From: the human T2T-CHM13v2.0 reference genome, Homo sapiens
NCBI RefSeq assembly: GCF_009914755.1
Contig: NC_060930.1
DNA length: 64,000 nt
Reading direction: 5' to 3' (one strand)
Shown here: one piece after another, positions 24,801 through 38,695 of the stretch
Position numbering within the stretch: the stretch's first letter is position 1
Layout: every line of letters starts with the position of its first letter
Translations under genes and position numbers: made by a program
The notes under the pieces: generated by a model
The model's database searches: none
What the model saw: only the letters and a program-made list of their open reading frames with translations
Told to the model about the DNA's origin: nothing

Positions 24801-26089
24801 TGCTCTTTTTAACTTTCAAAAGTCTGGGATAATCTTCAGAGTATCACATAAGATAAATGTGCTCTACCATCTTCTACATTCAAACATTAAAATATAATCA
24901 TAGAATAAAGAGAACTCATTAAATAAAGGTGAACGGAGCACAATTTCTTCCATTAAAGAGTTCAGAGTATGGGAGAGAGTAGTGACAAGCTATGAACCAA
25001 GTTATTAAAGAGGCATGATTCAACTACAAATGACTTCTGAATGAGGAACTACGGGAACACTGAGGAAAAATGAACTTTGCCCGGAACAGTGTTACTCAAG
25101 TTGAAGTCCTTGGGTAGGATCTAGAAAAATTTTAAAGTTCCTGAAATACATGCAAGTTTTTGTGATTATGTGTGTATAATTTTTTTAAGTCAGGTATAAA
25201 TTAAGGAATTTTAATTCAAATTAGCTAATACACATAGAGTATGTTGTGGACACCAGTGCAGTTTACATAATGAAAGACTGAACACTCAACCCACCAGAAA
25301 GGCAAGAATACACCTAAACCCTAGGAACCACTAAAACGAGGATTCATGTTTCCATAATTTCCTTTCCATCATTCATTCATTGCTTTACATGTTATTTTCT
25401 TTTATTGCAGAATGTCATCCAGAAAATGATGGAAAACTAACAGCTCAAGAGTTTTTAATGTTGGGTAAGAAAATACACTCTTTTTTGCTCTCATTAGAAC
25501 CAACTTCAAAAATTATTTGGAAGACTTTGAATACTGCAGCCTGTAATACTGAACTAGGATTTTGATCAATCTGTTTTTAAAATAGACACATGAAAAGAAT
25601 AATAAGAAGAAGAGGGTCTGAACATAGAACAACCATTGGTATAAATCCAAGACTAAAGCTTTCAACTAATTTTAATTAATCTTAATAAAGGTGAACCAAA
25701 AAGAGCAGTAGGAAAAGCACTTCAGGCTGATAAAACTACAAATGAAACTAAAAATAAGTATTATATGTGGTATATAGTAAAAGGAAGGTACAAAGTAACA
25801 TAAATCTGAATCATAAAGAGTAACATGTGCCATCTAATTTGTGCTATACCTGTTACTGCTACTGGCTTTTAGTATTAGTAAGGTATTTGATATTGGTTTC
25901 AAAATTTAATTCCAAGGAGCCCTAAGGATTCCTAGAGGGCAGTTTATGGTATATAATCAGATTGGGGTTAAAGCACAAGGTCAACGAAAAAAAATCTGCA
26001 TCTCCATCAGCAATCAGGTAGATGTATTTATTTTATGCATTATAGCTGTTTGTATGTCTATGGAATATATGAAGTTTAAAAAGTTTAAA

Positions 26090-27800
26090 AATTGAATTGG
26101 AGAGTCATGGAAATAATGTAAGCAAAACAAAAAAAGATGAAGTGTTACTTAGAATCAAACTATCTTGCGTCTCATCGAGAAATGAGAGGAGATGATGGAA
26201 CTTGAAACATTAATCCAGTATAAAGATGGAGGAGGCAGCATTTCAAAATAAAAGATAAAGCCCTACATAAATGAAGCAACAATGGTTATCATAAGAAAGA
26301 AAAAGATTCAAGACATATTAAGTGAGAGAAAATGATATGTTTTTGCAAACTGTAGTATAGGAAGGCATAGGAAGCAACTAGAGGACAGTGAACGGAAGGT
26401 GGTATACAGAATTAAACACAAATTTTGGGCTTAGTGATTGTACAAATATGGGCAAAATAGTAGGAATAACTAAAATGGGAAAAGTCCCCTTGTCCCCCTC
26501 ACAGAACGAGCGATGGGGGTGCAGCTCACTTCTTCAATGCCCTGATGCTCAAACTTCTAGGGAGCAGACAGACCGGCAGGCTATGGGGCTCCGACCCCAT
26601 GGCAATGTCTAGGGATGAATGCTTACAGCTTCTGAAGTCCCAATGGGCGTGTGTTACAGGGTGCTCTTTTAGTTTTGTCCCCTATAGGTGGCTTGTGTTA
26701 ACCAGCCCTCTACTTTGTCTTAAGGAAAGAGGGCTTTCTGTATCCCTGGTTCTTGCCTTGATGTACTGGAAGAATTCGATCATACCTGGGCTTGGAGAGT
26801 TAAGTGCAAGGTTTTATTGAGGGGAGGTAGCTCTCAGCAGATGGGGGAAGCCAGAAGGGGATGGATTGGGAAGGTTTTCCCCTGGAGTTGGGCAGCTCAG
26901 TGGCCCAGGCTCTCTTCTGACTGCTCCAGCCAAACTTCGCTTTGTTCTGCTGGTCAGTGGCCTGCCAGCATGCCCAGTGCCGGTCACTGTGTTCCTCTCG
27001 ACGTCTAACCGCTTGTGTGTTTCTCTGCGATGTGCTCCTCTTGACGTCCAGCAGCTTGTGTTATCTGCCTGCTACGGTCTCGGGGGTTTTTATAGGCACA
27101 GGATGGGGGCATGGCAGGCCAGGCTGGTCTTGGGAAATGCAACATTTGGGCAGGAAATGCTTGTCCTCACCAAGGTTCGTGGGGATGGAGGCCTAGCCAG
27201 GGGCCACACCCTCCTCTACCCAGCACTTCCCTTCCCCACTTTCAGATCGTTTAAAGAGACCAAGCTCTTCCCTTCCCAGCACTTCCATATCATAATGAAA
27301 GTAAGTTGCCTCAGGGCATAAACAATATCCTTTGGATAGTAAGAAATTTTAATCTGAAGCTCATAGAAAACATGAAACCTGAACAGTCTTTAGGGGATGG
27401 TTAAAGACCATAGACTTCGTCAGGTTGCCTAACAGCAATGCTTGATGAGAGAAAGACTGCTAAAGATAAAATCCTAAAAACCATTAGTATTTAGAGTATT
27501 TAGAGTATTAGTATTTAGAGTATTGGAAAAGCTTCAAAGAGAATGGGAGTACAAGAAGTTAGGTGATTGTCCCAAGGTAAATTATGCCCCGGAAGTCAAA
27601 GAAGGGGGAGCTCAAAGAGGAAGAATCAAATATTGTGAAAGTATGAATAAGATGAGGTTTAAAATATTGATTACACTTGTGAGTAAGAAGGCTGTTAGGT
27701 AGCTTAGTTAGAGAAGTTTCATTTTGGATGTCAGAGTGCAAACTAGATTTCAACCATTTTAGAAGCAAAGGAAAGTAAGAAGGAATAAAAACTAATATAA
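26090..27800 (-). mobile_element. Degraded L2 fragments flanking the LTR at 26471
   Basis: Purine-rich L2-antisense-like text (ggggatggttaaagaccatagact..., tcaaatattgtgaaagtatgaataagatgaggtttaaaa...). Boundaries approximate. Confidence 0.45.
26471..27292 (-). mobile_element. ERV1 solo LTR of the LTR27/LTR28/LTR1/MER52-related group
   Basis: The minus strand begins tgatatggaagtgctgggaaggg and has a TATA box (cctataaaaaccc). Flanks taac/taat form a degenerate 4-bp TSD. Homologous to 46421-47205. Confidence 0.8.
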
Positions 27801-27923
27801 CTCTTCATAAAAGCCTAATAATGAAAAGAGGAGTTATATAACAGAGATAGGACTTTACTCTTTGAACACTCAACTGATTTGTTGTTTTACAGATCTTAGA
27901 ATGAGTTGAACTTAACCAACATT

Positions 27924-28230
27924 TGTATCAGTTAGGATGAACTAAGTTAGAATGCAGTGATAAAATATGTACAAATCTCAGTGCCTTAAAAAAACACAAA
28001 TACAGCTATCATTCAAAGTATGTAAGCATTGCAGACACACAGACTGGCAGAAATTCTATCTTGCTGCATGAGTCCGTGATTGTTAACGCAGGGGAAAAAG
28101 GCATGAGTGCACAACACAGGCTCTTCAGGTTCTTCCCGACACTAATATTTCGTTGGTCAAATTAAGTAGCATGGTCTTGAATAACTATTAAAAAAGAATA
28201 CCCACATAGAGAGGAGCCATATATATTTGC
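27924..28230 (-). mobile_element. Old MaLR LTR (MLT1K/J-like)
   Basis: tgtatcagttaggatgaactaagttagaatgcagtgataaa...aaatctcagtgccttaaaa. Confidence 0.5.
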
Positions 28231-30704
28231 TGAATAATGTCTAAAATGTATAAACCTGTTTTCTGTTTTACTAGAGTAATTTTACCAGAGGTCACTACAA
28301 TATATCTTCCCCTGCTAACACTCAACTCCTTCTCCCTGCTCCCCTGAAAATTATTCTATCTAATTTCAATCAAACGCTGATACTATTTCAAATGAGTCTA
28401 AAACTGTTACCTAAAAGTGGAAGGACCATTAGATTATGCAGTTTAGAGCATGCATGTCTAAAAGAATAGTCAGTTCTTCTCTTGATGTAAACACCAGAAT
28501 CCACACCAGATTTGTTGTGATTCCAACATTAGAGGTCAACGTTGTGCTGTTGAGCCAAGTTTTTCCCCTATTGTGTATTTCAGTCTTTAAATGATTACAG
28601 ACATTATTGTAGCCTGTTAGAAACACCCTAAGTGTATATATCCTTTAGGTGTTAATTAATCTTTCTAAGGCTGTTTTGAAAAGTTGAAGTATTTCTTATG
28701 GAAAGCCTGGAGACATTCTCCTATTGTCTTTACTAGTTACATTGGGGTAGCAGTATCTTCAGTGAAATTGAACATAATAATAACCTTTAATCTTGGAAAT
28801 GGGTATGAATGAATGGAATTTTTGCTTAGAGTTGGGGTGGAAAATAGGTTGAGATGAAGTTAAGAGGAAGAAAGCCTTTAGAAGCCATCACAGTAACATA
28901 GAAATAAAGTATAGATTCATTCATAGCTACACAAATACCTCCACTCCATTACTGTGATTCAAGATAAAAATTCTTCAGAAGTATTTACATTATATAATGT
29001 ATTTTCGCTGAAGAATAAAAATACGTTATAGTGAAATTGTTAATAAAGCATCAAACATTTGTATAATGATTTATACTTTTCCATAGCTTTCAAATTCAAA
29101 ACCTCATGATACACAATAAAATAAATCATAAAACTTCAAATAATATGTGACTACATGTAACTTGTTAAATAAATAAAACCAGAACTGGTGATTAAGATAA
29201 TCATTCAGAAAAATGCAAAACAAACTGATAAATAAGCTACTCTGCTCTATTAAAGCTTATACTTAATTCAAGGACTACATTTAAGGAGCGATTTATTGTT
29301 GTAGACATATTCACTACAAGGAACTTCAGAGAAGTAAAATTACAGAACATAGCAAAGGTCAAATCCATCATGTCAGTTAAAAATAGATGGATAAATGCAG
29401 TAAGGTTTGGCACTAGATCGATAGCCTTAGAGACTGGGCAATTCTAGGAGAAATGTTCCCAGTAATCACAAGCTTTGAACATGAATACAAACTGATCAGT
29501 ATTGGGATCATAGTTCTGTATACAAGAATGTACTTAGAATTCTTCTGAATGCAATATGAATTGAATATACATTATAATGTTTATAAATTTAATGAGAGCT
29601 CTTGACTAGTGAATTATATAGAATCATTCAGCGAACAATATGAAGAAGCGATTTTCCATTAAATAATTTGATTATTTTCATGTCAATACTTTATCTTTAA
29701 AACTGGATGACTGGATTGACTGACAGTAACATTGCTATTAAGAGATGGCAAATGAGCTGGCTGACTTCTCCAGAGACTTTCAGGTAGGCAATTCCTGCTC
29801 GCAGTCATTGGAAATTGAGACCTAGTTCTTGGCTCTAATATCCCTGAATATCAATATTATCACATAAGTAACTTCATAGATTAATGTTGATATGAATATA
29901 TAATATATTCACTGATTTATAGTGATATATAAAATGTCAGAAAGTCCATTAATACTATTTAAAAGTTTATTATTTTAACTGTAAGAATGTCTAAATAAAA
30001 AATAATTATGAGAATTTAGAATGTTATCACACTAAAAGCTTAGGAGTTTGAAGCTATTCATTGGACTCTGCAAATCTTCTCTTGCTACTCTATTCAAGAT
30101 AATCTTTTCCAAATGCAGATTTGACTATAATCATTTGCTAAAAATCCTTCAAAATTCTCTATTGCTTTCAAAAATATTGGCCAAAATCATTGACAGTTGG
30201 ACAAGCAAAGCTGAGTTTATTGGACTTAGCATCTTCGTAGAGAAAGTCACATTGAGCAAATAGTAGTTTTGTCTCATTATCAGAATTTATACAATAATAT
30301 CCACATGATTTTATGAGCCGCCCTTAGTAATTTTAAGACAGCTCATCCAAGGTAGAGGACTGGTTGAAATGAAGCAGTTTTTATGCAAAATAGCTCTGTA
30401 TTTTTGGGAAGTCCTTAACGAGCAAAATGTTAGTATGGGAAAATAATCTAATTTAATTTTTTCATAGTCCAGGCTTCCAGGAACAAATATGTCCTAAAGT
30501 GAGCAATTCAGTTATTTTACCAATTACAAGTATTATTTAGCTTAGAAGCAGTAAAGTTCATTTGGTCTCAGAATTGTTTAGCACAGACAGGAAATATAGT
30601 TGGTCCAAAAATTTTTTAGCATATGGGTTGAAATTCTCAGTCCTCTTTTGGTCATTCTTTAGCATAAGCTGCATCATTTAATTACAGGATATGATCAATA
30701 GACA

Positions 30705-30783
30705 TGCATATATATATATATATATACACACATATATATATACACATATATATGTACACATATATATATATACACATATATAT

Positions 30784-30838
<55 letters not shown>

Positions 30839-30852
30839 TATATAATATATAT
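30705..30852. repeat. (TA)n/(CA)n compound microsatellite
   Basis: Read directly from the sequence. Confidence 0.95.
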
Positions 30853-31405
30853 CATTGTTGGATGTTTAAGGGTCCGTGTGTAGTTTTTGACAGTGCTTCT
30901 TCCAACCTCTGTGTCAGATTTTCTTGTTTTTCCATGGAAGAAAGTTGTTGTATTATTGAGAGAATAGTGACTGTACAGCAGCAAGAAGGATTCTGGAGAG
31001 CACACATTTGAGCACTACAACATACACATATATAAAGAGAAAGATTATAATTAGAGTCCACTGTTGATTTCCAAACAGGGAACAGAGACTATGAAACTTA
31101 AATCAATAGAATTTATTCAATTCCTAACCTAATGAGCTGTGGAATAGATACAGTGATTTTTTTTTCTAACTGTTTGGTCTGTGGGAATGTTTGACATATA
31201 AAAAGTAACTTTGTCGTTGAACTACTCAGGTAAACAAATCATTTCTTACAAGAAAGTAATAGCAAAGGAAACTGAGTTGCCCCTCAAAAACTACAAACTC
31301 AATGACCGGTCGGTTCCGTTGTATGGCTTAGACAATAATAAGGAAATTATAGCTAGTATTGCACTGATACAAAAGAATGACATTGAATGTAAAAAGCAAT
31401 ATTAA

Positions 31406-31711
31406 GGCTGGGCACAGTGGCTCATGCCTGTAATCCCAGCACTTTGGGAGGCCAAGGCGGGTGTATTGCTTGAGCCCAGGAGTTCAAGACCAGCCTGGGC
31501 AACAAGACGAAACCTCATCTCTACAAAAAATGGAAGAATTAGCCAGGTGTGGTAGGGCACACCTATTGTACCAGCTACTAGAGAGTCTGAGGTGGGAGGA
31601 TCACCTGAGCCCAAGGAAGTTGAGGCTGCAGTGAGTCACTATTATGCCACTGCACTCCAGCCTGGGCAACACAGTGAGACACTGTCTCAATAAATAAATA
31701 AATAAATAAGC
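31406..31711 (+). mobile_element. Alu, AluJ-type, with (TAAA)n tail
   Basis: Diagnostic ttgagcccaggagttc and gaggctgcagtgag. TSD aagcaatattaa at 31394-31405 and 31712-31723. Confidence 0.95.
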
Positions 31712-31918
31712 AAGCAATATTAAGACTAAGGATATAATTGGTGTCACAGTTAAGTAGTAATTAATCCAGATACCTTAACCAGCTGATTCAGAAAAGTGAA
31801 AAAGAATAGCATAAAAATTAATACGTTACAATTTGTATTTCATGTGGATCTCATTCTTTGTTGTTTGAGTCAATGCTGTCTACTTCTTAATACCCTTCTG
31901 ATTAAAAATCTTGCGGTA

Positions 31919-32306
31919 TGTATCAGTTTGCTAGGGCTGCCATAACAAAGTGCCACAGAATGGGTGGATTAAATGACAGAAGTTCATTTTCTCACAGTTC
32001 TTGAGTTCAGAAGTCTGAGATCATGGCATCAGCAGGGTTGGCTTCTACTGAGGGCCGTGAGTAAAGATGGACTCAGGCTTCTCTCCTTTGCTGGTAAATG
32101 AAAGTCTTCTCGCTGTGTCTTCACATTGTCTTCCCTCTCTGGTGTCTATGTGCAAATATCTTCTCCTTATGAGGACACCAGTCATACTGGATCAGTGCCC
32201 ACCCTAATGGCCTCATTTTAACTTAGTCACCTCTGTAAATACCTTATTTCTATTCTGAGTCATTTGAGGAACTAGGGGTTAAGTCTTCAACACATGAATT
32301 TTGGGG
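31919..32306 (-). mobile_element. MaLR solo LTR (MLT1B-like)
   Basis: tgtatcagtttgctagggctgccataacaaagtgccacaga...gaggacaccagtcatactgga...cttcaacacatgaattttgggg. Confidence 0.85.
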
Positions 32307-33989
32307 TCTTGAGAATAATCGTCTTTGGCTTGAGGCTCTGTCTTCTGAGCTCACCATGCTGGCAGCCTTACTCCCACCCCCAGCCCTGGTTGGTGTCTCC
32401 ATCCCATATCAGAGCTGGAACAATGAGTAAAAATGCAAAGTATCTGAGGTGCCAAGAATGGACTTCTTCTTGGTTTTGGTTCATGTTATCCTGCTTTTTG
32501 CATGTCTATTATTTTTGTTACATGCTGGTTATTATAAATTCTAACATTGTTAAGTGACCAATTATATCTTTCTTTGAAGAGCGTCGAACAATTTTTGGCA
32601 GTATTTCTGTATCCAGCATCATATAATCTTATGCATACAAAGTTTAATATTCAACAGTTTCCTCAGTGGGGGCCTTATACAGGATTTAGGCCATATTTTC
32701 TGCACATCTAGCTCTCCTTTGGTCTCTTTCTTATGAAATTTAGCTATTTCAGACTTCTAGAACTCCAGCATTTTTCTCAACTTAGCCTGCAAAATCCTGC
32801 CTAAATTGCCCCTCTTTTTACCATGGTCTGGAAATTCTTCCAGAAGGAAAGATAATGTCATCTTTCAGTTTATCTCCTTTCTTCTCTTTCTGTCAGAAAT
32901 CACAGTTCTCTACTGCCTTTGTTCAATTTCTAAAGACAGTTATTTACATATTTCATGAGGCTGTCTAGTTATAGTCAGTGGGAGCTTCACTCCATAGATT
33001 TTCGTCCACCTATCCTCATAGTCTCATTAGAGGAAGATGGAAATCACAACTTTAGGCAAGTCAAAACCCCTCCCTGTTTTTCTCAATTCATCTTTGAAGA
33101 CCTTCTGCACTGTCTTTATTTTACTCATTAGGTCAACTCCATCAATAAGTTTGAGTATCTGCAAATATATGAGAAGGCATTGATTGTCCCAAGTAAAGAT
33201 AGTAGAGTTCCAAGATTAGCACCTTTAACATGCTTTTCCATAATTAAGCCAGAGGTTCCCTGCTCAGGGTTGGTACAAGCAGTTTACCTATACTACTTCA
33301 AGAGAATTCTCCAACACTGCGGTTGTCTCACTGACTTCTTATCTTGATCCCCACCTCCTGCGTCTTCCCACTTCTGTAGTTTCTCTGGGACCTCAGTGAA
33401 ATGAGCCAGCAATGTATTCTATTTCAGTATCTTAGCAGAAGCCTGAAACAAAACTGAATTAATAAATGAGAAGTTGCTTATTGAAGCTAGAGAGAATGAA
33501 AGAACCTAATGCCTTTTATTATTAAGCTGCAATATTCTGATGTGCTCAATCAATCAGGCAGAGGCACACTTTGCCCCGAGGGTGCTCAAGGTAGTCACAG
33601 TTACAGATTTTCATTCATTCTCAAATTAATAACTATTCATCAGTCATAAAATAAACTTCATGTCTGATTGTCATGAGCTTTTCTTTTGTCTACCTCCCAG
33701 TTTTCTTTCCAAAGTTAAAATCTCCTTATTTTGTTAAAAACGCTACAAATTTTATTTTAGGATTGATTTGGACAAGTGACTGATCTCAGTCAGTAAGGTT
33801 TCAAGTTTTTTGACATATTTCCCTTACATATGTTCAAAACAAGGGCATATATTTGTCCTCTTGTTAAATTTCATTGATGTATAAAAGAGAAATTTGCTCA
33901 CCTGAATTTGGTTCTCAGGCACTGCTTTTTTGGACATGTCTTTCTGCATGATGTGCTTATTTTTTTCAGTTAGCACCTTCCATACCTTA

Positions 33990-34458
33990 GGTGCATTACA
34001 TTTCCTCTTTGACTGCTCTGTGCCCAAGAGCTTTACCCTCAGACACTGCATTTCTTGTGCCCCTAGGTCAGCTAGTATGCCACTGGGTTTCACCAATGAG
34101 AGATACTGACAGGAGTTGAGAAAGTAAAAAACAAAGAAAGAATGGGATATTCATTTCCCTTTTTTTCTGTTTTGTACTATGTTTAGGCAGTGACTGAATC
34201 TCTCCCTTTGCCATATTTTTTTCCTTATGGCCAATACTCAAGGTTTCTAGCTCTCCTTGGATTTCAAGAACATAATATCCCCACTTTATCTCTTTTGTCC
34301 TAGGACTAATAACAACTTTCAGCTATTGCTAGTATCTGGATATCTGATATTCCTTTTTGAGCCACATGGATTGCTGATATGAAAGTTTTACCTTCATGAT
34401 ACTCTCTTGAATTGCTTGTATTATATTCCATTTTCTACCAAACCCTGACAGATGAATA
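33990..34458 (+). mobile_element. ERVL solo LTR (LTR33-like)
   Basis: gctctgtgcccaagag...gggtttcaccaatgagagatactgacaggagttgaga...ccattttctaccaaaccctgacagat. Confidence 0.5.
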
Positions 34459-34484
34459 TCCAAGATGTAAGATTGTAAGATTCT

Positions 34485-34803
34485 TTCTTTTTTGTTTTTT
34501 TTTGTTTTTTTTTGAGACAGAGTTTTGCTCTTTTGCTCTTTTTACCCAGGCTAGAGTGCAGTGGCACAATTTCAGTCACTGCAATCTCTGCCTCCTGGGT
34601 TCAACCGATTCCCCTGCCTCAGCCTCCCAAGCAGCTGGGATTACAGGCATGTACCACTACGCCCAGCTAATTTTTGTATTTTTAGTAGAGATGGGGTTTC
34701 ACCATGTCGGCCAGCCTGGTCTCGAACTCCTGACCTCAGGTGATCCACCCACCTCGGCCTCCCAAAGTGCTGGGATTAAAGGCATGAGCCACTGCACCCA
34801 GCC
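34485..34803 (-). mobile_element. Alu (AluSx/Sz-like), antisense
   Basis: Full Alu body with TSD aagattct at 34477-34484 and 34804-34811. Confidence 0.95.
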
Positions 34804-35039
34804 AAGATTCTATTTTTAAAGGGGTTAAGAAAGCAAGAGTTTGTTTGCTTGCTTTTGGTGGAATTAGAGAACGGACCTGGCAGGGAGCCATTGTACCAGG
34901 TCCTGTATTTAGCTGCTTCTTTGAGTGATTTTGAAGTTCTGGTCACAGGGTTCACTCAAATCTTTTTCGGGTATTTGTTTTTAACGAAAAACATTTATTC
35001 ACTCATCAGGGGCTTTGTATTAGCTGTTTCCTTTACCTC

Positions 35040-35360
35040 AGCAAGCCACATTTTCTCTAGTTCTTTTTTTGTGGTTAACTCCTTTTCATTCGTTAGGTTT
35101 CAGGTCATGTCATTTTCTTAGGGAGGTCTTCCCTGATCCTCTCATGTAAAAAAGCATCTACCTCTGTCATTTTGCCTGGTCATTTCCTTATTTAATTTAT
35201 AGTTTTCCTCCTTTTCAGTTGATGTCCCCTCCTTTACTGTTTGTCTGTTATTATCTTCCTCTGATCTATAGATGAGAGCAGAGTCTTTGATTTTCTTATT
35301 CATCATTTAAATTCCTAGCATCTAAAATATAGATCCTGCCACATAGCCAGTGTTTAATTT
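35040..35360 (+). mobile_element. L2 3' end fragment
   Basis: ttctcttagggaggtcttccctga-like text and gatgagagcagagtctttga...tcctagcatctaaaatatagatcctgccacatag. Confidence 0.55.
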
Positions 35361-38300
35361 TTTTAAAAAAGCAGCATTACTTAAGAATGCAAGAAAATAC
35401 AGTGTTTGAAGAAAGGCAGTTCTTTCTAATCCATACTTACATTTTGGAGCAAATCTTCTGTAGAAAGCACCAGAAAACCATTAATTCCCTCAATTAGTGA
35501 TGGGATGTTTCTTAAAGTGGCAAAGAGGAAAATAACCTGTATTCTGAAAAAACAAGGAAATCTGCTATTGATATCAACATTATTTTAGCATTGTTTATAC
35601 TGACAAACTGATGAGATATGAAGGCATGAATTGCACATCATTAAAAGTAATTTTGGTATCTAATTTAAATAAAAATAAGATAACTTTATAATGTTAATAG
35701 ATTATAACAGAAATGATATAATAACCCCTATTATATCATGTATTCTGCCCATCCTACAATATTCAAAAATCATATATATGTTTTAGATTGCATTATTAAA
35801 GTGAATTTTTGCTTGTTAGAACTCTGATAAAATACTTAAGGTTCTCTTTCTCAGAAGAAGTAATGAGTAGAATATGAAATGCCTCTTTGTGCTTCCAAAC
35901 ACAGATGAATTAGTCTCTCTGTTATGTAGTCCCTAAGCGCCATTTAAAATGATCAAATGTACTTATGATCACAGAAAATCTCCAGTGAAGTTTTGTAGTC
36001 CATCAGTGCACAAAATCAGCATTTTTTCAATTATTGTAAAAGACTGAGTGGCTGCATGAATTTATCTAGTAAGGAGAAGATGACTGAATTAGTAAGAAAG
36101 CTAGTCTCTAGTGGGGAAGCCAGATCAGCGAATGATATTAACTTCCTTTTTTCTTTTTCATATCACTGCATAGTGAATTGAATAATAAATGAATTGAGAT
36201 ATTGAAACAAAACAGTACCAAATGTATTTGCCTTATGAAATTTAAAAGTGGAATGTATCTGAATAATATTTGTATTCTTTCTCTCACCTTGAATATACTG
36301 CAGTATGGGCTGTGCCTCCCTACACTATATTAAGAAGTAAGATATAGTAGGAAAAGTGCCACAGGATTTGGAATAAGGTATACCTGAGTTTGCTCTATTA
36401 TCATGGCCGGATCAATATAGTTACACTGTGCATGCAATCCTGGTAGTCTTACCAGGACATTTTAATGATTCCATCTTAAATGTTATATACAGAATAATTT
36501 ATAAATAATTATAAAACTGTGGCCTCTGTAATATGGCCATAACTTACATTCATATAGGAGTTTAGAAACTGTTATCCTAAATAGCCGCCGTTTAGAAAAT
36601 AGCATCTATGATAGTTTTGTTTCCTCAGTCTTTCTCTTTGAACAAGTAGTAAAATTCACAGTCAGCTTTCTGTTTATGTACTGTCATTAATGCCCTCTAG
36701 GTTGCGTATTGAATCCTCATTTGTCTCCTTCTTTGCTTCCACAATAACCAGAAATATTTATCTTTCAAGAGATTCTCACCATTTATCTTTCTAAGCTCCA
36801 TATATTATTGCCCCACTAAGAAATAAAATATATATAAATATTATTATTTATTTATTATTGCCCCACTAAGAAGTTATATATATGAAGACTATAAAGTAAG
36901 TCTGGCAGCAGAAAGTCACGTAGGCTTTGGAAGATGAACCGTCAATGAGAATTTATAGTATAGGAGGAAACTGGAAATTTCAGCAGATACATGGGTCAAG
37001 AAGTCATGATAATACCATAGGAGCTCACTTGAATGAATAGGAGTTAACACTTGAGAGATCCTTTAGGAGGTGTAATGACTCAATTACGACATCTGGGTAT
37101 AGAATTAATGCTGGGTATAGAATTAATGCTGTATGTATAAGGTACATAATGAAATCAAGTTAAAAAAGAGGTCAGGTATTTAAGGGAAGATATGACACAT
37201 TTCGGTTTTTGAATAAAAAGACAATGTAAAGCCTAAAGAATAAGGAATAAAATATTTTTGGCAGTAACTGGAGCTCAATGTGAGGGTAATATAATATGCA
37301 AATCTGAGCAAATTTGCTGAATTCATGAGTTACTCATATAAGGCTTCTCAAGCCGTGATGAATAAATCAAGGATTGGTCCAAGAATACAATTTTCTAACA
37401 ATTATTTCGGCCCCCATGTTTTTCTGTCTCTTTAACTGTGGTAATTCCAACACATCCCTCTTATAAATTATCCTTATACAGGTAAATCCATATCTAAAGC
37501 TCCTTATGTAGAATTATATAACTTTTTTCTGAAATTACCATAACACTTTTCATAGTACTTAAAACATGGTCTACGTGGTAGTCTGTTCTCATGCTGCTAT
37601 GAAGAAATACCGAGATTGAGTAATTTATAAAGAAAAGAGGTCTGATTGACTCACAGTTCTGCATTGCTAGGGAGGCCTCAGGAAACTTACAATAATGGTG
37701 GAAGGCAAAGGAGAAGCAGGCACCTTCTTCACAAGGCAACAGGATGGAATGAATGCAAGCAAGGGAAATGCCAGATGCCTATAAAACCATCAGATCTCAT
37801 GAGAACTCACTATCACAACAACAGCATGGTGGAAACCACCTCCATGATCTAAATACCTCTACCCAGTCCTGCCCTTGATACATGGGGATTATAGGGATTG
37901 CAAATTGAGGTGAGATTTGGGTGGGGACACAGAGCCAAATCATATCATTCTGCCCCAAGTCCCTCCCAAACCTCATGTCTTTTCACATTTCAAAACCAGT
38001 CATGCCTTCCAAACAGCTCCCAAAGCCTTAACTCTTTTCAGCATTAACTCAAAAGTCCACAGTCAAAAGTCTTGTCTCAGACAAGGCAAGTCCCTTCCAC
38101 CTATGAGCCTGTTGAATCAAAAGCAAGTTAGTTACTTCCTAGATACAATGGGGGTGCAGGCATTGGATAAATGCTCCTATTCCAAATGAAAGAAATTGAT
38201 CAAAACAAAGGGGCTACAGGCCCATGCAAGTTTGAAATCCAGTGGGGCAGTCATTAAACCTTAAAGCCAAGATGATCTCCTTTGACTCCACATCTCAAAT

Positions 38301-38695
38301 CCAAGGCATGCTGATGCAAGAGGTGGGCTCCCACGGCCTTGCGGAGCTCCACTCCTGTGGCTCTAGAGAGTACAGGCCACCTCCCAGCTGCTTTCATGGG
38401 CTGGCATTCAGTGTCTGAGTCTTTTCCAGGTGCACAGTGCAAGCTGTCAGTGGAGCTACCATTCTGGAATCTGGAGGACAGTGGCCTTCTTCTCTCAGCT
38501 CCACTATGCAATGCCCCAGGAGACTGTGTGGGGGCTCTGACCCCACATTTCCCTTCCACACTGCCATAGCAGAGATTCTCCCTTAGGGTCTCGCCCCTGA
38601 AGCAAACTTTTGCCTAGACATCCAGACATTTCCATACATCCTCTGAAATCCAGGCAGAGGTTCCCAAAACTCAGTTCTTGACTTCTGTGAACCCT

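Noticed and set aside
26388-27321. Cluster of ORFs up to 151 aa (and the 156-aa ORF at 46405)
   Set aside because: They lie within solo LTRs; their shared peptide similarity only reflects LTR homology.
30682-31061. Y/I/H/T-rich ORFs on both strands
   Set aside because: Translations of a TA/CA microsatellite.
37093-37131. 18-bp tandem duplication ctgggtatagaattaatg (similar small repeats at 27485, 42940 and 56068)
   Set aside because: Ordinary slippage-type micro-duplications.
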